From an uncultured Comamonas sp. (lineage in GTDB: Bacteria; Pseudomonadota; Gammaproteobacteria; Burkholderiales; Burkholderiaceae_C), in the NCBI GenBank assembly GCA_963520865.1, contig CAUQST010000009.1:17557-81556 (forward strand): 64,000 nucleotides of DNA. The letters run 5' to 3'. A program made the translations under genes and the position numbers. How positions within the stretch are numbered: the first letter of the stretch is position 1; every line of letters starts with the position of its first letter. Positions 38,929 through 46,222 of the stretch are shown in pieces. Under the pieces are notes generated by a model. It was not told the DNA's origin. It searched no databases and worked only from the letters and a program-made list of their open reading frames with translations.

Positions 38929-38945
38929 TCAAAGTTTTAACAGTG

Positions 38946-39021
38946 GGGTGCTTAGCTCAGTTGGTAGAGCGGCGCCCTTACAAGGCGTAGGTCAGCGGTT
39001 CGACCCCGTTAGCACCCACCA
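38946..39021 (+). tRNA. tRNA-Val (anticodon TAC), copy 1, CCA encoded
   Basis: Acceptor gggtgct/agcaccc, D-arm agctcagttggtagagc, anticodon stem gcgcc/ggcgt with loop ctTACaa, T-arm agcgg-ttcgacc-ccgtt, then a-cca. Confidence 0.92.
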
Positions 39022-39077
39022 CTTCCCACTGTAAAAAGCATATAGAGCAATCTAGATGCTTTTTTTATTTCACAGCG

Positions 39078-39153
39078 GGTGCTTAGCTCAGTTGGTAGAG
39101 CGGCGCCCTTACAAGGCGTAGGTCAGCGGTTCGACCCCGTTAGCACCCACCAC
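39078..39153 (+). tRNA. tRNA-Val (anticodon TAC), copy 2, identical to copy 1
   Basis: The 76-nt sequence is identical to 38946-39021, as are the next 4 nt (cttc). The copies are separated by a 56-nt spacer containing a hairpin and T-run. Confidence 0.92.
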
Positions 39154-39164
39154 TTCAATCCCCA

Positions 39165-39199
39165 AAAGCACCTTTGGCATAAGCCAAGGTGCTTTTTTG
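39165..39199 (+). terminator. intrinsic terminator after the tRNA-Val pair
   Basis: aaaAGCACCTTTGGCataaGCCAAGGTGCTttttt is an approx. 11-bp stem with one bulge, followed by a T-run. Confidence 0.8.
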
Positions 39200-39340
39200 T
39201 TGTCTATTTGCAGCCAGTGATCACTGGTGCGTAGAGTTGATGCAACTGCTGAATGCATGGAAGGGTTGAGCAGGTAGAATCTTTGAGTTTCCTTATTTGG
39301 TTTGCGTGCTGCAAAACGTTTGCGTCTGCGCTATTCCATT

Positions 39341-39370
39341 AAAAAGGCGAGCGTGGGTTCGCCTTTTTTT
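39341..39370 (+). terminator. terminator-like hairpin immediately upstream of ppiD
   Basis: aaaaaGGCGAgcgtgggtTCGCCttttttt is a 5-bp GC stem flanked by A5 and T7. It ends 17-23 nt before the ppiD start codons. Confidence 0.45.
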
Positions 39371-39387
39371 ATGTATCCTCAGAAAGA

Positions 39388-41295
39388 TTGACTATGCTCG
39401 AATCAATCCGCAAGCACTCCAAGTTCGTCATGATCTTGCTGTTCTTGCTGATCATTCCCTCGTTCATTTTTGTCGGTATCGACCAGAGTTACTTCTCGGG
39501 CTCTAGCCCGACAGTTGCACGTGTCGATGGGCAAGACATTACCCAAAATGACTGGGACAACACGCATCGGTACGAGAGTGACCGGCTACGTGCAGAAAAC
39601 CCTGGAATGGATTCCAAGTTATTGGACACGCCAGAAGCGCGCTATGCCAGCTTGGAGCGGATGGTGCGCGACCGGGTATTTCAGGTAGCTGCACAGAAGA
39701 TGCACTTGGTGACCAGTGATGCAGCGCTGGCGCGCACACTGCAAAACATTCCTGCAATTGCCAGTTTGCGCAAAGCTGATGGCAGCTTGGATGCGGATGG
39801 ATACCGTGCATTGCTGGCTGCGCAGGGCATGACGCCTGAAGGTTACGAGGCTTCGCTGCGCCGTGATATGTCTTTGGGGCAGGTGGTCGGCAATGTGATG
39901 AATACAGCATTGGCAACGCCTGTTGTGGTCAATGCTGCGATGGATGCCTTTTTGCAGCGTCGCGAAATCCAAGTCGCGCAATTCATGGCCAAGGATTTCG
40001 TAAGCCAGGTCAAGGTGAATGATGAGGATCTAAAGGCTTACTACCAAACGCATCTGGCGAAGTTTCAGCAGTCAGAACAAGCGAAGGTGGAGTACGTCGT
40101 GCTGGATTTGAAAACGGTGCGTGACGGCATCGAGCTCAATGAATCTGATCTGCAGACTTACTACAAAGAAAATGCAGCTCGCTTGGCGGGTGGTCAAGAA
40201 GAGCGTCGTGCCAGTCATATTTTGATAAATGCTCCCAAGAGCATGCCTGCAGCTGAGCGTGAGGCAGCTAAAGCCAAAGCGCAAGCCATCTACGACAAGG
40301 TCAAGGCCAATCCAGCCAGTTTTGCTGAAGTTGCAAAGGCAGAGTCCCAGGACGCTGGCTCTGCAGTGGCTGGTGGTGACTTGGGATTCTTTGCACGTGG
40401 TGCCATGGTTCCTGAGTTTGAGCAGACAGCCTTTGCTATGGAAAAGGGCGCTATCAGTGGTGTCGTGGAGTCAGAGTTTGGATTCCACATCATTGAACTG
40501 ACAGATGTAAAGCAACCTCCAGTTCCAAGTTTTGCGTCAGTGCGCGAAAAAATCGCAAATGATCTGAAGGATCAGCAAGCGCAACGTAAATTTGCCGAAG
40601 TTGCCGAGGTGTTTGCTAATACGGTGTATGAGCAAGCGGAAAGTCTGCAGCCCGCGGTAGAGAAACTGGGCTTGAAGTTGCAAACTGTGGATGGCGTTAC
40701 GCGTGAACCGCGTCCTGATGCACAAGGGCCTCTGGCCAATGAGGCGTTCTTGGATGCCTTGTTCTCTGCCGACAGCATTGACAACAAGCGCAATACTGAT
40801 GCCATTGATCTGGGTGCCAACCAAATGGTTGCTGGTCGCGTGGTCAGCTATCAACCCACAAAGCAGCTGTCATTTGAAGAAGTGGCAGCACGCGTGAAGA
40901 CTTTGTATGTTGAGCAGCAGTCCGTCGTATTGGCGCGTGAAGCTGGTGAAGCCAAACTCAAAGAGTGGCGCGCTGATCCAGCCAAGGCACAAGGGCTTTT
41001 GCCAGCCGTTGTTGTTGCGCGTGACAATCCGTTGGGTATGCCTCGCCAGGTGCTGGATGCAGCGTTGCAAGCTAAAACCGATGCTTTACCTGCTTGGGAA
41101 GGCGTTGGTTTGGGTGATGCAGGGTATGCAATCGTGAAAGTGAATAAAATTTTGCCATCCACGGAGAGAAGTGCTGATTCAGCCCGGCAAGCCTCGCTGC
41201 AGTATGTACAATTGATGAGCACTGCAGAAGGCGCTGCTTACTATGAATTGCTCAAGAAGAAATTCAAGGTCCAATTCAAGGTTTCGCGCCCCTGA
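39388..41295 (+). CDS. ppiD: periplasmic chaperone / peptidyl-prolyl isomerase PpiD
   Basis: MLESIRKHSKFVMILLFLLIIPSFIFVGID is the PpiD N-terminal anchor. A SurA_N-like region and a parvulin domain follow (RRASHILINAP...GGDLGFFARGAMVPEFEQTAF...SEFGFHII). The start is TTG 39388 or ATG 39394. The hupB-ppiD synteny matches enterics. Confidence 0.9.
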   Translation: MTMLESIRKHSKFVMILLFLLIIPSFIFVGIDQSYFSGSSPTVARVDGQDITQNDWDNTHRYESDRLRAENPGMDSKLLDTPEARYASLERMVRDRVFQVAAQKMHLVTSDAALARTLQNIPAIASLRKADGSLDADGYRALLAAQGMTPEGYEASLRRDMSLGQVVGNVMNTALATPVVVNAAMDAFLQRREIQVAQFMAKDFVSQVKVNDEDLKAYYQTHLAKFQQSEQAKVEYVVLDLKTVRDGIELNESDLQTYYKENAARLAGGQEERRASHILINAPKSMPAAEREAAKAKAQAIYDKVKANPASFAEVAKAESQDAGSAVAGGDLGFFARGAMVPEFEQTAFAMEKGAISGVVESEFGFHIIELTDVKQPPVPSFASVREKIANDLKDQQAQRKFAEVAEVFANTVYEQAESLQPAVEKLGLKLQTVDGVTREPRPDAQGPLANEAFLDALFSADSIDNKRNTDAIDLGANQMVAGRVVSYQPTKQLSFEEVAARVKTLYVEQQSVVLAREAGEAKLKEWRADPAKAQGLLPAVVVARDNPLGMPRQVLDAALQAKTDALPAWEGVGLGDAGYAIVKVNKILPSTERSADSARQASLQYVQLMSTAEGAAYYELLKKKFKVQFKVSRP

Positions 41296-41360
41296 GTGAA
41301 AAAATCATAGCTGGCTCCCGTAGAGGGGTAAATTAACCAGCTATAATAAGAATCTCTTCC

Positions 41361-41437
41361 GGTGGCTGTAGCTCAGTTGGTAGAGTCCAGGATTGTGATT
41401 CCTGTTGTCGTGGGTTCGAGCCCCATCAGCCACCCCA
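41361..41437 (+). tRNA. tRNA-His (anticodon GTG), variant 1, with G-1 and encoded CCA
   Basis: g-gtggctg...cagccac-c-cca, anticodon stem cagga/tcctg with loop ttGTGat, T-arm gtggg-ttcgagc-cccat. A TATAAT at 41342-41347 lies just upstream. Confidence 0.9.
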
Positions 41438-41483
41438 GATCAGTATCTAGGCCGCTTTAAAGCAGCCTAGATACACAAGTTAC

Positions 41484-41560
41484 GGCGGTCATAGCTCAGT
41501 TGGTAGAGCCCCGGATTGTGATTCCGGTTGTCGTGGGTTCGAGCCCCATTGATCGCCCCA
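41484..41560 (+). tRNA. tRNA-His (anticodon GTG), variant 2, with G-1 and encoded CCA
   Basis: g-gcggtca...tgatcgc-c-cca, anticodon stem ccgga/tccgg with loop ttGTGat. The D-loop, variable loop and T-arm are identical to variant 1. The acceptor stem differs at most positions. Confidence 0.88.
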
Positions 41561-41565
41561 AAAGA

Positions 41566-41596
41566 AAAGCCCTAGCAGTAATGCTGGGGCTTTTTG
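41566..41596 (+). terminator. intrinsic terminator after the tRNA-His pair
   Basis: aaaaGCCCTAGCagtaatGCTGGGGCttttt is an 8-bp stem including one G-U pair, followed by a T-run. Confidence 0.7.
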
Positions 41597-41984
41597 CTTT
41601 TCCGAAACGAATGCGTTGTCGGCGCGTGGCGAACTAACGGCTCAACGATGAGACATGTCCTCTCCCTGCCCATAAAGAAGCCACTGCGTCGCGTAGCTCA
41701 TGCGTCACTTTTCTTCTTGTACAGCACTGAATTTGGTTTCTCGAGTGGGGTGGTTTGTGGGTTCCTGCTGCAAGCAGTCCCAAATGTTCGGTAGTGGCGC
41801 ATTCATGCAGAAAACAGGATGCAAGTTCCTGCTGTGCTTCTAACTTTGGAAAAGTTATCTCTGAGTAGAGTGTGAGATGGTTTGGTGACGCCCACTTGTA
41901 GTGGGTGGCGTACCTAGGTGCATGAAGCATGCATGCCTACTTTGCTTTGAGGCATGCCTACAGCGGCCTTAGAGGAGAGGCATG

Positions 41985-42024
41985 CACACAGTAAAAATAC
42001 TTGCAACTGAGTTTTTACTGTGTG
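41985..42024. terminator. 13-bp perfect hairpin just downstream of bfr (no clear U-tract)
   Basis: CACACAGTAAAAA-tacttgcaactgag-TTTTTACTGTGTG ends 7 nt from the bfr stop codon. Confidence 0.5.
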
Positions 42025-42030
42025 AGCAGC

Positions 42031-42507
42031 TTAGGCTATCGCGCCTATTTGCGATTGCAGATAGTTGGCTAGGCCCATCATGCGAATAAGTCCCAGCTGC
42101 TTTTCTAGCCAGTAGGTGTGATCTTCTTCCGTGTCTTTGAGCTGCGCCAGGAGCAAATCACGCGATTGGAAGTCGTGGTGTTTTTCGCATAGCACCATGG
42201 CAGTGCGCAGATTGTCACGCACTTGGTATTCCACCGCCAGGTCTTTGTGCAGCATTTCCTCGACGGTATTACCCGCTGTGAATGGGTGGGGGCGCATATC
42301 TGGCTTGCCGCCTAAAAATAGAATGCGGCGCAAGATCATGTCGGCATGAGCAGTTTCCTCTGCCATTTCATGGTCGATGCGTTGATACAAACGCATAAAA
42401 CCTTGATCTTCATATTGGCGGGAGTGGATAAAGTACTGATCGCGAGCAGCCAACTCGCCGCGTAACAATTCATTCAGGCAGGCGATGACTTCAGGATGAC
42501 CTTGCAT
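42031..42507 (-). CDS. bfr: bacterioferritin
   Basis: 158 aa. [67 protein letters not shown] carries the ferroxidase ligands and the haem-binding Met52 context typical of Bfr. Confidence 0.93.
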   Translation of the reverse strand: MQGHPEVIACLNELLRGELAARDQYFIHSRQYEDQGFMRLYQRIDHEMAEETAHADMILRRILFLGGKPDMRPHPFTAGNTVEEMLHKDLAVEYQVRDNLRTAMVLCEKHHDFQSRDLLLAQLKDTEEDHTYWLEKQLGLIRMMGLANYLQSQIGAIA

Positions 42508-42694
42508 AGTTCTGTTTTCTTATGGGTAGCTGAAGCCTTGAGTATGGTGGGCTGCTCGGTTTACTTCAAATTGCGTTTGATAAACCCTAGCTTGTCGCAT
42601 TGCATGCATGCGAAACGCAGAATCATTCGCGATTGGTTCTTTATGGCACGCATGTGTCATCACGGTGCTGCTGGCCTGCGGCACAATGCACACC

Positions 42695-43507
42695 ATGCTC
42701 ATGTACCCACAGATTGATCCCGTAGCCCTACAGTTAGGGCCGATTGCCATCCATTGGTATGGCCTGACGTATTTGGCAGCCTTTGGCTTGTTTATGTGGT
42801 TGGGCATATGCCGGCTGAAGCATCCACCTTTCAATCGTTTGCAAGGCAATGCTGCGTGGACACGCAGGGATGTAGAAGACTTATTGTTTCAAGGCGTGAT
42901 CGGGGTGATTGTCGGGGGGCGGTTAGGCTACTGCCTGTTTTACAAACCTGCTTACTACCTGAGCCACCCTTTAGAGGTGTTCGCAGTGTGGGAAGGTGGG
43001 ATGAGCTTTCACGGTGGCTTATTGGGTGTGATAGGGGCTATGTTGTGGTTTGCCTATTCGCGCAAACGATCTTGGTTGTACGTTGTGGACTTTGTAGCTC
43101 CGTGTGTGCCCACCGGTTTGGCTGCTGGGCGTATTGGTAACTTTATCAACGGCGAGTTGTGGGGCCGTTTCTCGAACCCTGAGCTGCCTTGGGGTATGGT
43201 TTTTCCACAAAGCGGTTCTATGCTGCCGCGCCATCCTTCTCAGATTTATCAATTTTTACTGGAAGGTGTATTACTTTTCGTGCTGCTATGGATATACGCG
43301 CGAAAGGAGCACAAGCCTGGGCAAGTTGCTGCCGCATTTTTAATCGGCTACGGAAGTTTTCGCTTTATCGCAGAGTACTTCCGGGAGCCGGATGCTTACC
43401 TGGGCATCCTGTCTATGGGGATGAGTATGGGACAGTGGCTGTGTATTCCGATGATTGTGGGCGGTGCAATGATGTGGATATGGGCTCAACGACGTTCAGC
43501 GGTGTAA
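42695..43507 (+). CDS. lgt: prolipoprotein diacylglyceryl transferase
   Basis: [49 protein letters not shown] and [14 protein letters not shown] are the Lgt signatures. I prefer the ATG at 42695. Confidence 0.92.
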   Translation: MLMYPQIDPVALQLGPIAIHWYGLTYLAAFGLFMWLGICRLKHPPFNRLQGNAAWTRRDVEDLLFQGVIGVIVGGRLGYCLFYKPAYYLSHPLEVFAVWEGGMSFHGGLLGVIGAMLWFAYSRKRSWLYVVDFVAPCVPTGLAAGRIGNFINGELWGRFSNPELPWGMVFPQSGSMLPRHPSQIYQFLLEGVLLFVLLWIYARKEHKPGQVAAAFLIGYGSFRFIAEYFREPDAYLGILSMGMSMGQWLCIPMIVGGAMMWIWAQRRSAV

Positions 43508-43552
43508 AGGCAGAGGTTCTGGCAAAAATAATAGAAAGAAAGTGAGCCCTGC

Positions 43553-44581
43553 GTGTTAGATCGGCGTGCGTATTTGCAATGCTTGGCCACACTGGCGGCC
43601 ATGCCGCCTGTGTGGGCGCAAAACGCCAATGGCGCAAAGTCCTCTTTAAATGCATGGCCAAACAAACCGGTTAATTTGATTGTTCCATTCCCAGCTGGGG
43701 GCTCGAGTGCTATTTTGGCAAAGCAATTGGCTCAATCATTTGAGCGTAAGACGCTGCAGCCGCTGCGGTTGATTTATCAAGGTGGTGCAGGAGGGATGCA
43801 AGGTGCAAACTTCGCGTCAAAATCTGCGGCAAATGGACAGAATCTATTGCTTGGTGGCAGCTATTTGGCTGTGGCACGTGCATTGATCAACAACGATGAG
43901 TTTGATTTTATTGACGATTTGCGGCCGCTGGCCATGGTGGCAGCCGTTCAGCAAGTGATTTTGGTTAATCCCGCACGCATGCGTTCGCGTACAGCCATGG
44001 AGCTGCTTTCTGATTTAAGTCGTAAGCCTGCTCGCTATCGCATGGCGACTGCTGGAATTGGCTCGTCTAGCCACATCTCTTCAGAAATCTTGAAACATCA
44101 AGAATCTTTGCATTTTGAGTTTGTCCATTTTCGTGGTGCAGGGCCGGCAATGCAAGATTTGCTGGTGGGCTCTGTGGACATGATGATTGATGGCTTGGTT
44201 TCCTGTTTGCCACATATTCGCAGCGGTCGTTTGAAGCCACTGATGGTCACTGGGACACAGCGTACCAATGTTTTGCCAGATGTACCGTGTGCGCAAGAAC
44301 TCGGTGTTCATTCTCTTGAGAGGGTGACGTGGTATGGATTGTTTGCTCCGCGGCAACTATCTGATGCGCAAGCTGCCACTATGGTGGAGGTATTTGAGCG
44401 TATGGGTAGCGACGCGGGGATGTCTTCCAATTTCGAAGCGATGGGCATTCGGTGGGGTGACGTGTATGGAGAGGCTTTTACGGCGATGGTCAAGCAAGAC
44501 ACGATGCAATGGGCTCAGCGTTTGAAGAGTATGGGGCTTACGAATCTTTTCTATAAAAATTCTGAAGAGGCTGGCGCATGA
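43553..44581 (+). CDS. Bug-family (TctC-like) tripartite tricarboxylate transporter substrate-binding protein
   Basis: 342-aa ORF with a signal peptide ending PPVWAQ and NKPVNLIVPFPAGGSSAILAKQLAQSF, the Bug/TctC N-terminal motif. No tctA/tctB genes lie nearby. Confidence 0.85.
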   Translation: MLDRRAYLQCLATLAAMPPVWAQNANGAKSSLNAWPNKPVNLIVPFPAGGSSAILAKQLAQSFERKTLQPLRLIYQGGAGGMQGANFASKSAANGQNLLLGGSYLAVARALINNDEFDFIDDLRPLAMVAAVQQVILVNPARMRSRTAMELLSDLSRKPARYRMATAGIGSSSHISSEILKHQESLHFEFVHFRGAGPAMQDLLVGSVDMMIDGLVSCLPHIRSGRLKPLMVTGTQRTNVLPDVPCAQELGVHSLERVTWYGLFAPRQLSDAQAATMVEVFERMGSDAGMSSNFEAMGIRWGDVYGEAFTAMVKQDTMQWAQRLKSMGLTNLFYKNSEEAGA

Positions 44582-45354
44582 GTGGACAAATCACTATGCA
44601 GCCTTGGTCGCAAGTTCAAGGGTCTTGCGCGGGCATATTGCGTGTAGAGATAGCCAATTCTGGAAAATTGAATGCTATGACGCGCAAAATGTGGCGTCAA
44701 TTGAAGTCTGTCTTTGAAGAAATTCAAGGCAACCGCATGGCGCGCTGTGTAGTCGTTCAAAGCCATGGGGGTGCTTTTTGTGCTGGAGGTGATATTTCAG
44801 AATATCCAGCCTTTCGATTTGACCCCGATAGCTTGGCTGCCTTTCATGAAGAAGAGGTGTGGGGAGGTTTGAATGCAATGCTGGCCTGTGATGTGCCAAT
44901 TGTGGCAAGCATTACCGGTGTTTGTATGGGGGCAGGGGTAGAGATTGCCAGTTGTTGCGATGTGCGATGGGTTTCAGAAAATGCCAGCTTTGGTGCACCT
45001 ATTGCTAAGCTGGGATTTCCCATGGCACCAAAAGAGCTGCATCTGGTTTCATCGGCAGTGGGTATGCATGCTGCAAAGCGTATGCTGCTAGAGGCTGCAG
45101 TGTTCTCTGCCCAAGACATGGCTGCAACGGGATGGTGCGCACAGCCTTTGTCTGAGAGTCAATTGCACGAACAGGTCGAGGGTGCTGCGCGGCGTATTGC
45201 AAGCTTGTCACCACAGGCCGCGCGCTTGAACAAACAGACTATGAGAAGTTTGGCCCGTAATGAAGCTGTACATGCCCCTTATGCCTACGCTGTGTCGACA
45301 GAGCATCGCGAAGGGGTGAATGCTTTTATTGAAAAGCGCACGGCGAATTTTTGA
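44578..45354 (+). CDS. enoyl-CoA hydratase/isomerase (crotonase) family protein
   Basis: 258-aa ORF whose start overlaps the Bug-gene stop (ATGA). It has the crotonase oxyanion motifs GGAFCAGGDISEY and GVCMGAGVEIASCCD. Confidence 0.85.
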   Translation: MSGQITMQPWSQVQGSCAGILRVEIANSGKLNAMTRKMWRQLKSVFEEIQGNRMARCVVVQSHGGAFCAGGDISEYPAFRFDPDSLAAFHEEEVWGGLNAMLACDVPIVASITGVCMGAGVEIASCCDVRWVSENASFGAPIAKLGFPMAPKELHLVSSAVGMHAAKRMLLEAAVFSAQDMAATGWCAQPLSESQLHEQVEGAARRIASLSPQAARLNKQTMRSLARNEAVHAPYAYAVSTEHREGVNAFIEKRTANF

Positions 45355-45688
45355 GTGCTAAATGTGTTTTAGAGGCTGCTGATAAATAGATATAAATATA
45401 CTGAAATCTATTTCATTTCAGAATTAATGCATTCATTGAACATGCTTTTTTAATAGATTTTTTCAGATTATTTGGTCAATCTATTTTTTTATTTTATGCC
45501 AGTGGTCAACGCGGAAATAATATGCTGCCGTATCGTACTTCACACTTTTTTGAAAAAAACCAAAAGAACGATTTATTACGAGTGCGTTTGAATTTTGGTG
45601 ATTTTTGGAAAATATTTTATATATAAATAAATTTTGTGTAAAAAATGAAAAAGGTCCGTAAGGACCTTTTTTATAAGCATTGACCTAT
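45355..45688. other. 334-bp strongly AT-rich convergent intergenic region with short inverted repeats
   Basis: Hand count of sample 60-nt lines gives about 23-30% GC, against about 55-62% in flanking genes. It contains aaatagat/atctattt (45383-45413), ctgaaat-N7-atttcag (45401-45421) and aatagat/atctatt (45452-45486). Confidence 0.7.
45647..45672 (-). terminator. intrinsic terminator after uspA
   Basis: aaaaaGGTCCgtaaGGACCtttttt, 17 nt downstream of the uspA stop. It could act bidirectionally. Confidence 0.7.
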
Positions 45689-46144
45689 TCAGCGTAGAAC
45701 CAGTACGGGCACTTGAGAGTGTGTCAGTACGTGCTGTGTTTCGCTGCCCAGTAGTAAGCGCTTGATGCCTTTGCGCCCATGCGATGCCATCACGATCAAG
45801 TCAACGTTTTGCTTATCAGCTGCAGCAATGATTGACTCTGCAATCAAGTCGGATTTTGCAATGCTGGTCTTGACCGTAACGCCCATTGCTTTTCCGTCCA
45901 TTTTGATCTTGTTCAGTACGGACTGTGCTTGGTCTGCCCATTGTGCTTCGATGCGCTTGATTTCTGACAGGTCAACCGTCGCGCCGCCCTCCAAATAGCT
46001 GCGGGGATAACGCGGTATGACTTTTAAGGCAACCACAGATGCCCCGCTCAGCTTTGCCAGATCCATAGCATGGCTGACAGCTTTGTCGGACAGTGAGGAT
46101 CCATCGGTAGCAACCAGAATGCGTTCGTACATTTTTATCTCCAA
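45689..46144 (-). CDS. universal stress protein (UspA family)
   Basis: 151 aa. It has MYERILVATDGSSLSDKAVSHAMDLAK...LIVMASHGRKGIKRLLLGSETQHVLTHSQVPVLVL, which includes the ATP-binding G-2x-G-9x-G(S/T) motif. Confidence 0.9.
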   Translation of the reverse strand: MEIKMYERILVATDGSSLSDKAVSHAMDLAKLSGASVVALKVIPRYPRSYLEGGATVDLSEIKRIEAQWADQAQSVLNKIKMDGKAMGVTVKTSIAKSDLIAESIIAAADKQNVDLIVMASHGRKGIKRLLLGSETQHVLTHSQVPVLVLR

Positions 46145-46192
46145 GTTTTCATTGCTGACGTTTTAAGCATAAATCGTGCGGCTTGGTTGGTC

Positions 46193-46206
46193 TTGATGTA
46201 AGTCAA
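46193..46206. promoter_or_regulatory. FNR/Anr-type box TTGATgtaaGTCAA (uspA / ccoI divergent region)
   Basis: 9/10 match to TTGAT-N4-ATCAA. Its centre is 55.5 nt upstream of the uspA ATG and 41.5 nt upstream of the ccoI ATG at 46241. Confidence 0.6.
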
Positions 46207-46222
46207 TGTCTCTGGGGGGGTT

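Noticed and set aside
41594-41930. ORFs of 66 aa (+) and 98 aa (-) after the tRNA-His genes. Considered as remnants of an integrase or phage gene at a tRNA integration site.
   Set aside because: There are no recognisable integrase, excisionase or phage motifs, no SD, and no direct repeat of the tRNA 3' end to mark an att site. The region is kept only as an unassigned interval.
42600-42640. Possible Fur box (gcagaatcattcgcgatt) in the bfr-lgt intergenic region.
   Set aside because: Only the AATCATT core matches the 19-bp GATAATGATAATCATTATC consensus. That is too weak to call without a PWM score.
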